Below are positions 10,905-23,473 of a DNA stretch of 38,480 nt, in pieces. The notes under the pieces are model-generated. The model was not told the DNA's origin, ran no database searches, and saw only the letters and a list, made by a program, of their open reading frames with translations. The first letter of the stretch is position 1. Each line of letters starts with the position of its first letter. Origin of the DNA: Priapulus caudatus (taxonomy: Eukaryota); assembly GCF_000485595.1 (NCBI RefSeq), contig NW_014577092.1, positions 478,200 through 516,679 of the forward strand. The letters run 5' to 3'. Position numbers and translations under genes: made by a program.

Positions 10905-11048
10905 TGCGTGTGTGCGTGTGTGCGTGTGTGCGTGCGCGTATATGATTACATCTCTGTGAGCGTGTGCGTTTGCGTCTTCGTGTCTGTGTACGAGTTGGCG
11001 CGCGTGCATGCGCGCGCGCGTGTGTATATAGTCGGTGCGCGCGCGTGT
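10860..11048. repeat. Alternating purine-pyrimidine (CG)n/(TG)n tracts with Z-DNA potential
   Basis: Near-uninterrupted RY alternation at ~10860-10943, plus further CG runs near 10998-11047. Confidence 0.8.
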
Positions 11049-12439
11049 CTATTGCATCACCCTATACACAGTGCTCGGTTCTATCGTGGGTGGGCGCACA
11101 ACCACACATACGCACATGTGCCGTAGATTTACCGAACGCTTACCGTGCTGCGTATATATAGAGGCAGCAAGCTCGCGTTGCATTCCGCGGGGGGAAGAAG
11201 GCGATATCGCGCGTCGCACACGAGGCTCTCGTATATTGGGTGTTTGCGGGATAAATCGCACGCGTGACGCATCCTTCAACGCCGAGCCGACTTACACGGA
11301 CGACCGACTCGCCGTCGCCTGCCTGCTACGACTCGCGAAATTAAACGCGTTTGGCGTGCAGCTTTTTCGGCACAGAAAGTAATGCCGCTATCGACGTAAA
11401 ATATAATCCCGAATCTATTGTTATTATTATGGCAATTTTATTTTCTTTATCCAAAAAAATGGCGGATTTTCGAATGGAATGGCTGCGTCGCAAGTATACG
11501 ATATAGTAATTTAATGAGAGACCGATAAACTGGAACAGATTTTGTTATTGGTTTTATATTTTCTATATTTATTCACCGAGTTGAACATATTCGACAGATT
11601 CCGTGTTATAACGCGCGTGTTAAGTATATCAACATCCAACATACGAAGATGCACTTGAACACAACTAGAGCGACATACAGTAACACATGAACAAAACAGC
11701 TACCATAGGGCCTATGGTTTTTTCCAGAAAGATGATTGTACGCAATATTAAATTCAGCCGTAACTTCTTTGTCAGAAATATCGTAACTGTATGAATCTTA
11801 CAGAATTGAATCGTATCGTAACAATACAAAATCCTATACCGATAGTCTACATAGGTCCTGTCCTGTCGTAGGCTGTTGTAAATTATATTGACACGAAATT
11901 TGATAATAATATTGACCCGAAAATACTCGCTGTAAACGCTATTCCTTTTGGCGAATCAAAATAAACACCCACAGAAGTTGCTAGCGCGATTGCTCTTTTG
12001 TTTGTAGTATTTGTACCATATTGGCGTCTGCGATCACACACCACTCCCAGAGACAAAATCGTCTCTCATTCCATCAGCGACTCTATTGATAGCCATTATC
12101 AGGCGCCCGATACCGTAAATATGCTACAAAGATTGGATATGTAGCTGACATCGCTCTCCGCTCGTAATCGTTATACTATTTGTAGGTTTTATTACACAGC
12201 CCTCTTGGCAACCGTAACTCTATACGACGCTTCTGACAATGGGCACCCGGGTAGATTGTGATTGCCTACACGTTAAGAACTACTAAAATTGTTTTTTTTC
12301 TCGCGCGTGAATTAATCTAGTACTATAGGAGAATAGTCAGCCCGAACGCCTGAACAATCTGTAGACATGCCACAAGGAGAGTTGATCGTTAGCACATTAC
12401 TGTACATGAAATAGTTTTGGCGAAACCATAAGGCTGGGG

Positions 12440-12642
12440 TTCTCCTTCCCTCCTTCTCTCTCGCCTTCTCCCTAGTCCCCTCTCTCACTCAATCTCTCTC
12501 TCTCTCTCTCGTGCTCTCTCTCTCTGCTCTCTCTCCATCTCTCTCTCTGGCTTCTCGGCCTTCTGCGTAAGTCCCCGTCTCGGTCACTCAATTCTCCTCT
12601 CTCCTCTGCTCTCTCTCTCCTCTCTCTCGTCTCTCTCTCTCC
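12440..12642. repeat. Degenerate (CT)n microsatellite
   Basis: Seen directly; irregularly interrupted. Confidence 0.8.
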
Positions 12643-13484
12643 CGTGCTCCGGCCCCTGCTTGGTCAATTGTTTGTTTGTGTGTATCACATATCCATGTAG
12701 AATTCACAGTCCTATCCATCTGAGCTTTACCCGTGTAGGGTAACTCTTCACTCCAGCTACAGCGTTGTTTCCTTCCTGGGGCAGGCGGGACAGCGAGGGG
12801 TTAGCACGGGTAGAGCTGCGTTTCTGTCTACTCGAGGAAAAACTCGCCCTGTCCCGGTTGCCGGCTAACGGTGCTGAAAAAACATGTTTAAAATAATAAG
12901 TGCTTGAAAGGCCAGGGTTAAATTTTAAGGCCAGCACTTCCGGCATCGTGATAAGGTTATTAGAGACTAATGAACAACTTCAGCTTATTCTGTTCTGCCG
13001 TCATGGACGAAGGCGTAATTGAATAACCCAGGCTTTTTAGAATTGTTCGTATGTGGTACGTCCGTATTGACATCATGGTTCGTAATTTCGTATGCAATAT
13101 TTAATTATACAAGACGCACGTGACCTCTGCAAATTAGGGAGAAGTTCATTTCTGTTGACTTCAGTCTGCATTACACCATTTGTTAAACATTAAAAAAATC
13201 GAAAATCCATTAATTATGGAAGCGGTAGCCGTGGGAAAAATATAATAGCAAATAAAGGAAAACTATATATTATGACTGTTATTCGGAGTTGAAATGCTAA
13301 ACAAACCGAAAGTTAAACGAACAGTTAAACATCCTTCTGACTAGAATTGACTGCGTTGCCTCAAGCTGAATATGTGCATGTGCTAGTTTTAATGTAAGAA
13401 TATCAGGTGTGCAAGTGTCACGTATGTTGTACCTGTGTTACGTGTAATTTTAACATTGTCATGTGTCGAAATATACAGTGTGTT

Positions 13485-13518
13485 AATACGTGGATCCTGA
13501 GCGTAGGACCCACGTATT
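13485..13518. mobile_element. 14-bp stem-loop, possible terminal hairpin of a Helitron/Helentron-type non-autonomous element
   Basis: AATACGTGGATCCT-GAGCGT-AGGACCCACGTATT (one mismatch). The family assignment is inference. Confidence 0.4.
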
Positions 13519-14406
13519 TAAGCAGTGGTGGCAGCGGTGTAAAAGTGACGAAGACTGTATGGAACCGTAGACTGCGCCGGCGAGACCGTTGTCAAGCTGA
13601 AACGTATCGAGAATGTGACTTCGCGCCGTCGTGGCAGGTAGGATTTGCCATTCAACTCGTTAAGAAATGGCGCATGCTCTACCGGCATTACAGGTGCATC
13701 ACTTCGTGCCCCCCTTTCTGCGATTTAGCCCCCCCCGCAACCTTTAGCTCCATTAATACGCTCGGCAGACCGTTCTCTCTTTTCTGTGACGCAATTCTCG
13801 TAAACGTTGGATGCGTGGACAGGTATAGTATTTGATTTGGCTCCTTCGCCTGTCAGGCGGTGGATCAAAGACCTGACATCTGCAGCGCTAAATCGGTGCA
13901 TTCTTGCGCGCTACTCCACTACATGGCCATGCGTCGTCAGCCTTGTCTATAGTATTGATGTGCCGAGGTACTCTTGCCTATGCTGTTCTCTGGAATTGAC
14001 GTAGAGTGCAGATAATAATAAAACGAGTGGCAAAGGTGATCCAGTACAGGAATAAGAAGGATGCACTATCATAAGGAGATGCAGCCGAATGGCGAACTGC
14101 TTCGGGCGCCCTAGTGCCGCCGATTGGAGGAGTGTCTACAACAACAAGCTCTCGGGAGTATACGACGCGATACTTGCAATCCAAGAGACAATGGAGGTAC
14201 TTGAAAGCTTTTCGGGGTGTTCTGGGAAGTGCTCACGATAAATAATCGTACAGGCACAGTGGGAGGCGAGCGCGAGAGATATGTTTTTTCGACAAATTGT
14301 TCTTGACGCGCGTTCCCGAGTGGATTTCATTATATACACTCGTCGAACATGTGTTTACACCTGCTGGCGATTTACAAGCATCTATCATGGGCATAGTAAT
14401 TCTCGC

Positions 14407-15270
14407 TGTAAGTGTGATGATGCTGTGGTAGAGTGAGGCTGGGCGTTGGCGGCGTTGACGGAGCCGGTGAGCGAGCTAGAGTTGTCACGTGACGTTGCGT
14501 TGCGGAAGCGTATACTGGTCAAGGCGAGTCAGTCGTGTTGGGTCGAGGTGTGCGCAGGCGCAGCTGAGATTATATGTTATGTAACATATCATATATATGT
14601 AAATAACGTGGGTTTTATAGGCGGTAGTTTGGCTGTAATGGGAGAGAAGGCATAATAATCAGTGATTTGCTAAGATGACGTAGCGTGGCAGTCATATAGA
14701 CAGGGAAGTCATTTAATAAATTTAAATCTAGGTGAGATCTTGCTCCAACACTCCACTGCTAAGTCCAAGTGTCAACATAGGTATCTGTACAGGCCGGGGT
14801 AGGCGGACCAGCGGCAGAAACCTGTCCGCAGAGAGCCCACAATGAACAGCCGCAACAATCACTGTCAAGTCTCAGAGCCAGCAGGACATGCGCAGAGCAG
14901 ATGTTAGCAAATTCGAGATTGGTCATTTACTTCTGTGGTCTGCAAACAGCGATTAAGACGTCGGAAGGAGGAAGTGTCCTGCTTCGGGGCGCAAACGTGT
15001 GCCAAAACCTAGATGAGGAAGGAGAAATCACGTCGGCAAAGCATGAGAGTAGAAATCAGAGAGACATTGTCATGCCGTGTGTCCGCCGTGTCCACAGCTC
15101 GGGTGACTAGGAGGCAACGACTTATGAACAGATTTGATACTGTTTCCCGTAATCTGTTATGACATGTGCCATGGATGCGGAAAAGTCTGCCAGCGATATA
15201 TATGAATAGACAGAATACGCTGTGAAAGAGGTAACATGGTACGAGGCCTAGTGGACAACGGTGTACTAGG
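14407..15270 (+). mobile_element. Possible highly decayed Gypsy-like LTR retrotransposon remnant (putative LTR plus gag/protease relics)
   Basis: TGTAAG at 14407, AATAAA at 14715-14720 and TCAACA ending at 14777, then TAGGTATC. One frame gives CHGCGKV (15167-15187, zinc-knuckle-like) and GNMVRGLVDNG (15230-15262, similar to the aspartic protease ALVDTG motif), separated by a stop. No second LTR, RT or integrase was seen. Confidence 0.35.
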
Positions 15271-17064
15271 CTAGGCTTCCGCGATGCTATTGAGAATCTC
15301 GAGGCCGACTGTAGTTGTGCCGTCGAGTCAGTATTGGCAGTTGTAGCACGAAAAGCTCGAGTACATGGTGCGGCTAGAAGTGTGATACGCATATGTATTG
15401 AGACTCGGAAGCCCATGCAGTCGTCGACCGCCAGCTCAGAGACGCCAGCACCATATATAGTAGTGTTCGTTCTTGAAACGGCACCAACGAGACTGCCAGT
15501 CCGTCGATGATGGTCGCACAATATTGTTCCTTCTACACGGAAAGACATAACGCGCCTATGGACCGATTAGTAAGTAAGCTGATAGACGCGTCGAACACAG
15601 AGAAACCAGTGAGTTCGTAGCAATGTCAGGGAGTCCCCCACCGCTTCACGATCGAATAGAAAGACAACGATAGCGACAAGCGTCACAAGCCGACGTAATC
15701 TCGAAACGTCACGAATCATCCTGCCAACTGCTAAACGCAATAGTATTACAACGAACCAGACGGAGTATAGTTATAGTATTCCTCATTTCGGCATTTTTTA
15801 TTTCATTATGCATGGCAAGATTTTTATCGGGTATCACACTGGCTCCTCGTGATTTCAAAGCAAGTAGGACTCCTGCTGATGTCAATCAGGGAGCCCTGCC
15901 GGTAAACCGCGGAGTAATTGACTCGTTTCATGTCAATATGACTTCACATTCATCTCCCTAATTCCATATAGTATACAACTCATTTTTACCAGCGTCTCAC
16001 ATCTATAGAGCAACAGCTACCTGCCTGCAAGCACATACAGTAGTGGTTATTAGCGATCGAATCATACGTCAATTTGCGAAATTGAATTTCAAAAAAGGTA
16101 ATAGCCTAATGCACGTATTATAATAGAACAGTGAACATGCGATGCTGCAATGCCACCTATAGCTACGAATAACGCTCACGCATTCAGTAATCGTGTTCGC
16201 CTTGAAATCGGTAACCGTGGCAAGCGCGCATACGAATTGCACGAATCTAACAGAGACGGCCTGTGCATGAGACATAACCTTACAGTTAATTAACCCAGAT
16301 AATCGCACCAATCCACCATTTACCCCCCCAGTTAGTGCCACACATGCGTCATTGTTGTTGTTTCATGAATATTATGTATATCATCCTACGGAACACGGTC
16401 ACATAATGTGTAAATAATAAGACTTGGCGCAAACATATTATCTCTACGAAGTGAATAAATCGTCCGCCATTACGTAGTGAAACATAATCGAATCGTGCAT
16501 TCGCCTACGTCGAATGACTAGAGTTCGTATAAATTATCAACCTAAGCAGGTTAATGTCGACATATTAAGAATAGCACTAGATGGTGAAAGTTAGTGACAC
16601 GTCCGGTGCATATACGAATGCGAACATATACACTTCACAGCGATCACCTGACTATAACATCACCGGTGATGCAGAACCTGGATTTGCAGAGAGTAGCACG
16701 CACGCACTTCTGACGGCGTTTCTCATATAATATTTAGCATTTTATTACACATTTTGAATCGCGCCGGTGAAAACACATTGAATTCGTACGTCGTGACGTA
16801 TACAGTTCCCTTCTTTATACTCGGCGATGCTCGACGAACGTGCACACAACAGTTAATAAGCCCCTCATCGCGTTCCTGCTCTCAGTAAATCCATACGCAG
16901 CAAGGCGGTCGACCCTGTCACAGCAATCAGTGAGTGAGTGGCATGCAGTATAACTAATAGCTAGCTGGCACTTAGAAAACAGGATGTCAGTGTAAATTCT
17001 GTTTCCATCCACTACTTATCGTGACGAATGCGTGCGTACGCAGACGCGAGACAAAGGAATACGA

Positions 17065-17165
17065 GAGGCAGAGGGAGAAAGAGGGAGAGGGAGTGAGAGA
17101 GCCCGAGCGAGAAAGAGAGAGAAAAAAGAGAACGAGGAAGAGAGAGATACAGAGAGATGGAGAGA

Positions 17166-17217
<52 letters not shown>
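17065..17217. repeat. (GA)n microsatellite
   Basis: Seen directly. Confidence 0.95.
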
Positions 17218-17322
17218 NNNNNNNNNNNNNNNNNNNNNNNNNNNNNNNNNNNNNNNNNNNNNNNNNNNNNNNNNNNNNNNNNNNNNNNNNNNNNNNNNNN
17301 NNNNNNNNNNNNNNNNNNNNNN
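17218..17322. other. Assembly gap
   Basis: N run. Confidence 1.

Positions 17323-17399
<77 letters not shown>
17323..17399. repeat. (GT)n microsatellite
   Basis: Seen directly. Confidence 0.95.
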
Positions 17400-17402
<3 letters not shown>

Positions 17403-17664
17403 GGGGGGGGCGTGCGTAAGAGAGTGAATGAATGAGTGAATGAGTGAGCGCGAGAGTGAGGTAGACAGCTAACCAGCTACATATATAGTCCGATAGGTAG
17501 AGAGAGGAGGAGAGACCCGCGCATGCCTCAGCTTCGACTCCATTCTACAGATGTTATGAGCGCGACTGTGATCGATGTGGCGTGGGGATCGGTAGGGTTG
17601 CCGATTCTACATGCGTGTGTAACATATCCTATACGTGTAGCCTATATAAGATATCCTATCAACG

Positions 17665-17860
17665 ACTCTAGACGAGTGTCAGTAACTCTGTAAGAGTGTC
17701 AGTAACTCTGTACGAGTGTCAGTAACTCTGTACGAGTGTCAGTGACTTTATACGAGTGTCAGTAACTCTATACGTGTGTAAGTGACTCTATACTTGAGTC
17801 AGTGACTCTATACGTGTGTATGTGACTTTATATGTCTGTAGATGACTTTATACGTGTGTA
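17665..17860. repeat. 20-bp minisatellite (ACTCTGTACGAGTGTCAGTA)
   Basis: About 9-10 copies, diverging toward the 3' end. Confidence 0.9.
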
Positions 17861-20439
17861 ACATTTCCACGCGGAAACGTCTCCACTCGTCGTGCAGTAT
17901 TCTGACCCAGATCGCGAAGATGTATAGCTAGATATATACCACGCGTTCTTTTGCGCGCACGCCTGCAAACATATCACCGTCTGCAGGCGGGCGTATTCTT
18001 TCTGCCACAATCAGGTCATCACCGCCGCGCACCCCGCCTGCACACACCACCGCACACTCTCGGCTCAATGCAGCTCTTGTTACTCATATTAAAACTCCAG
18101 CGCGTTAGCTTCTTCTAGCCGCGGAGCAATACTACTATAGTATCGCCGTGCGCTCTATAACGGTACATGCAAATACGCTTTGCACTCCGACAGCAGCTCT
18201 ATTGCCTAAAGCGCACCGCCACTCCGACGCGCATTCAATTATGCAGCAGCGTAGCATTTAATCAGACGAATTTCGTCACAACTTCATGTCATAATGAACT
18301 TCCGAGCGCCGGAACAAACGCGATCGCCGTGGGTTTACGAACAACGAATGCGCGACGTAAATATATTTATTTGAAAAAAACAATAATCCGTCGATGTGGT
18401 TCTATGAGTTTTATGTATAAGTCCACGCCTCTCTTCTATATGCGTATCTACTTTAGGGTGTTTTTCATCAGACAATCCATGTTTGTTCTAACAGCAGGCG
18501 TCATATAGAAATACATCTGGTATAGAAACAAGTACCTGTGTATAGGAACATCAATAAATGCGCATCGCCGAGTTCAGGCGTAATAACAGCGACACGTATA
18601 TACACACGCACGCGCGCGCACACATTATATTGCTTTTATTGGAGCACACACACAAAGCGCGAAATTATTGCTGCGGGTTTTAGCTCGCCCTCAATACACA
18701 CAACGAATTACAGCCATTTCGACAAAACAAAACCCGGCACGATTAAGTCGGGCATGTAGACTACACGTATTTTCTCACTTTGATCTCGCGCGCAAAATGT
18801 ATGCACTTGCGGGCCTGTGGTACGGGTCCGATACGGATGGCTCGCGAACAATCCTCCAAGTGTTAGCGAGCAGCCGTAAGCGCAGGCGAATTCCGCCGCA
18901 AAACTCGGATATGCGTCGCTAGGTGTAGGATTTGCGTGTGGAGAGAGCTCTGACAGTCTCACGTCACGAACACATAACCAGCGCGAAATTCCGAGATCAA
19001 CTGCCCACGTTTGAATTCCGTGTTCAAATGGATATACATACAGTGGCTTTGATCCGCAAATGCGTCAGTATAGTTTTATCAATTATTTGTAATTACTTTA
19101 AATGCGAAAAGATTTTTGCGCGTGTACGACCGCTAGATTTTATAATTATCCCAATCGAAACGGCTGCAACGCCGCGAGTTAAAAGTAAACTGAAACTAAA
19201 TAGCGCTATATGTATGTGAACGAGAAAAATAATTAGAATATACCATGAGGCATGTGAATTATTAGTACATTAATCTAAAAATAAATGTAAAACGCCAAAG
19301 AGAAAACTGCAGGGGAGAGATGAAACGGAGAGATAAAGTTTCTGTGAGAGAGAACGACCTACGAAGTGGAAGAGAGGGAAGACAGAAGAAGTAAAAACTA
19401 AACGGAAAAGTGCGCCGGAGAGTGGGAGAAAAGAGGAGAGCGGGAGTACGAGGAAGGGTGGGATAAAGAGAAAGGGGGTGAGAGAACGACATTAAACGAA
19501 AAAGAGATAACATTTACGAGGAGAGACAAAATGATTATAATGACAGCTCACATTTGCGTATATTCATAATGTCACGGAAAATGGAATGTCAGGAATACGT
19601 TCATGTACAAACATGTGCATGGGAAGAGTAGAACAGTGCGCAGCGAAACGAAACCGCGAGACCTGCACACGCGGCAATCCTTGTCCAACAACAAATGCCA
19701 AAATGTGCGAAATCGATTTTAAGGAATTTTTCCTATTAAATCGCGTTTTCCGCCACGCTGCACGCAATGTCTACACGCGTCGATGCGATATATGAACAGA
19801 ATAATGCGTGCGACGTATATTAATCACATAACAAAACTCAGTTAATAAATTCCTTCTGTAAGAATTAATTCTTCAACGAATGCAAACCCCGAAAAAATTT
19901 CCCATAATTAGCGATAGGGAATTATGCAACAATCAACTATTTAGTTAATCCACGTTTTCCTCCCAACCACGAGTTTCCTCGTCGTTCCGCTCTTTACTCA
20001 CAATCGCGATTTTCTTGCCGTTCCACGGTTTCCTCACAGCCGCGGGCGGGTGGAGCGGTGGCCACAGTGTATGCGTCTCTTATACATGGTCACATGAAAT
20101 GGAGGCGACGTAGTGGTTTTTACGCTCAGCTCTATATTCTTAGGCGAGCGCGCGTATTTGCACACTTTCGCGTTGGAAAACATCACATCAAGTCGCCGCT
20201 GTAATGGACCTACTCTACAGCAGGTGTATACACGCACACTCACTCGTCCACATGCGAATACACGCATCACACGCGGCCACGCATACACACGCGTGTACAC
20301 ACGCATGCATGGCATTCCATGCACACCCGGATACGCAGACAGTCACATGTACGCACACACAAATGCATGGACAGATAGATACACACACACGCACGCACGC
20401 GCGCATCCACGAATGGATGCATATACACGCACGCACACA

Positions 20440-20606
20440 CGAACGAACGAAGGAACGCACGCACGAACAAACGAAAAAAAAACGCACACACGAACGAACG
20501 ATCGAACGAACGAACGAACGAACGAACGAACGAACGAACGAACGAACGAACGAACGAACGAACGAACGAACGAACGAACGAACGCACGTACGTACGTACG
20601 CACGCA
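20440..20606. repeat. (CGAA)n tetranucleotide microsatellite
   Basis: Perfect run at ~20503-20585. Confidence 0.95.
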
Positions 20607-21257
20607 CTTACTCACCCGCGTATAAACTTTAGAGCAGCCATAGCAATTCTACTTCCTCCCACCCCAACAGCAATGTCCTACTGCCTTTCTCCCTAAAGAA
20701 GCTGGTTTGGACTCATATCCCCGTTTCTCTTGATTCCTACATTCTAAATATAGTCACCCATGCGTTACCCAAGTTGCACATTGAATGAGCGGACGGTACC
20801 ACAGGCAAACGCGATTTGAAGAAAACAACAACTAGCCATCTACTTCAACGGAAATTGCCTGTAACTCTGGTGTTCTACCTTGGTTTATTAAAAATTTCTT
20901 GGCAGCAAAGTAACCCTTGTAGGCAGCAAAACTACTGTTTGTTGCCCTTGATTTAGAAACCTGCGCTATGCACGCCAAGAGTACATTTGCGCAGGGTAAA
21001 TGAAAGAGAAGCACGATTCTATGAGCACAGCTCCGATCTCCATAATATTAGCATTAGTTTTAATACTGGTAAGTCTATGCCGAAATGCTAAGCGGTCTTG
21101 CGTTTAAATTCGTTTAATTGTTTTCTTGATAAGATGTCAAAAATAACTGAGAGATGTAATAGCATAAGCGCCTTATTTTCTTACAACACGAGGCGTTACA
21201 TTCCATGAAGAGAACTAACTGTCCTCGATTTTGTTGCGATTCGCTATCATGTAGCGT

Positions 21258-21259
<2 letters not shown>

Positions 21260-21319
<60 letters not shown>
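21260..21319. repeat. (GT)n microsatellite
   Basis: Seen directly. Confidence 0.95.
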
Positions 21320-21321
<2 letters not shown>

Positions 21322-21630
21322 GTACGCGCGTGCGTTCGTGTGTACTCAGCCCATACTGCTGCGTGGGCTTGGAGGGTGTAGAGCCGACGTTGATGGTACC
21401 GGCGACGATCGCTGTGTACTGGTAATCAGTGAGCGGCGTCGCTCGGCAGCCGCGTCGCTTGTTGCTGGTTGTTATGTGGCGACAGCCCGCAATGCTGATG
21501 AGCTGCTGCTGCTCGTCTCGCTCGCTATGGTAATAATATTGGCTGATTTCTAGCAATCCCCGGCTGATGCTCTTTGGGATGAACGAGAAATCCCTAGTTT
21601 GCTGCAAGAACTCGACGAACAAGAAACGCG

Positions 21631-21758
<128 letters not shown>

Positions 21759-22477
21759 NNNNNNNNNNNNNNNNNNNNNNNNNNNNNNNNNNNNNNNNNN
21801 NNNNNNNNNNNNNNNNNNNNNNNNNNNNNNNNNNNNNNNNNNNNNNNNNNNNNNNNNNNNNNNNNNNNNNNNNNNNNNNNNNNNNNNNNNNNNNNNNNNN
21901 NNNNNNNNNNNNNNNNNNNNNNNNNNNNNNNNNNNNNNNNNNNNNNNNNNNNNNNNNNNNNNNNNNNNNNNNNNNNNNNNNNNNNNNNNNNNNNNNNNNN
22001 NNNNNNNNNNNNNNNNNNNNNNNNNNNNNNNNNNNNNNNNNNNNNNNNNNNNNNNNNNNNNNNNNNNNNNNNNNNNNNNNNNNNNNNNNNNNNNNNNNNN
22101 NNNNNNNNNNNNNNNNNNNNNNNNNNNNNNNNNNNNNNNNNNNNNNNNNNNNNNNNNNNNNNNNNNNNNNNNNNNNNNNNNNNNNNNNNNNNNNNNNNNN
22201 NNNNNNNNNNNNNNNNNNNNNNNNNNNNNNNNNNNNNNNNNNNNNNNNNNNNNNNNNNNNNNNNNNNNNNNNNNNNNNNNNNNNNNNNNNNNNNNNNNNN
22301 NNNNNNNNNNNNNNNNNNNNNNNNNNNNNNNNNNNNNNNNNNNNNNNNNNNNNNNNNNNNNNNNNNNNNNNNNNNNNNNNNNNNNNNNNNNNNNNNNNNN
22401 NNNNNNNNNNNNNNNNNNNNNNNNNNNNNNNNNNNNNNNNNNNNNNNNNNNNNNNNNNNNNNNNNNNNNNNNNNNNN
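21759..22477. other. Assembly gap
   Basis: N run. Confidence 1.
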
Positions 22478-22487
22478 ACGCAGCCGA

Positions 22488-22522
22488 GTGTGTGTGTGTG
22501 TGTGTGAGAGAGATACGGAGAA

Positions 22523-22574
<52 letters not shown>

Positions 22575-22603
22575 CGCGAGAGAGAGATAAAGGGAAAGAG
22601 AGA
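22488..22603. repeat. (GT)n-(GA)n compound microsatellite
   Basis: Seen directly. Confidence 0.9.
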
Positions 22604-22810
22604 CATGAGCGCGTACGCACACGCATGACTCATGTTTAATATATTTTTCGTTTGCATAGTATGTGCGCTGCGGAAATTTATTAGATAAAATATTCATGCG
22701 CGCGTCTAACGTTTTACAGCAATTTAGAAGATTACGTTTACATAGTTAAATGAGGCACGGCTCGGGCGCTGCGCTGCCTGGCGCAGTCTGCGTATTTTAC
22801 TAATCCCGTG

Positions 22811-22841
<31 letters not shown>

Positions 22842-22881
22842 GCAACAACAACAACAACACCACCAACAACAACAACAACAA
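22811..22881. repeat. (AAC)n microsatellite
   Basis: Seen directly. Confidence 0.95.
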
Positions 22882-23317
22882 GCGCACGATCATTTAGTTT
22901 TATTATATTGCCACACGCCGCGCGCAGATGTACACAACTTATTCCCCCCTCCCCCCGACGGTTTATCAACAGTAGGCCTACACTTTTTTTACCTTTTCTA
23001 TATTAGATCAGAAAATGCGAACGTTTTTTTTCCGAGCATTACGAAACATGCACCCGTTTCCTTCGAGTTATTTCCGAGGAGCGAAGCGTGCCTCGTGCTA
23101 AATCTTCGTGATTTTCTGTGCGGCCGGGCAGCCTTGCACTGTGCCACCAGGGTGTCGTAAACAGTTTAACGGGCTGTGCTGTGCAGCCCTCGCCCCAAAA
23201 TCCGATTGCTTTTCTACAACGCCGGGTGACTGACTTTACACGCCCGTCCGAGTGTATTACGAACAGGGCTCTATAAACTTTTCCGCGCAAATGTCAACAC
23301 GTAATACACAGCAATAT

Positions 23318-23473
23318 CACCACTACCAACAACAACAGCAGCAGCACCACTAACACCACCACCCGCAGCAGCAGCAACACCAGCAGCAGCAGCACCACCA
23401 GCAGTAGCAGCAGCAGCAACACCACCAGCAGCACCAGCAGCAGTAGCAGCAGCAGCAGCACCACCACCACTAC
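23318..23473. repeat. (CAG/CAC)n trinucleotide mosaic
   Basis: Seen directly. Confidence 0.9.

Noticed and set aside
11702..11718. ACCATAGG-G-CCTATGGT palindrome as a collapsed MITE
   Set aside because: Short, no TSD, and compatible with chance.
14034..14075. KVIQYRNKKDALS* resembling the Gypsy RNase H ADALSR motif
   Set aside because: The match is too short, has no supporting context, and lies upstream of the putative LTR.
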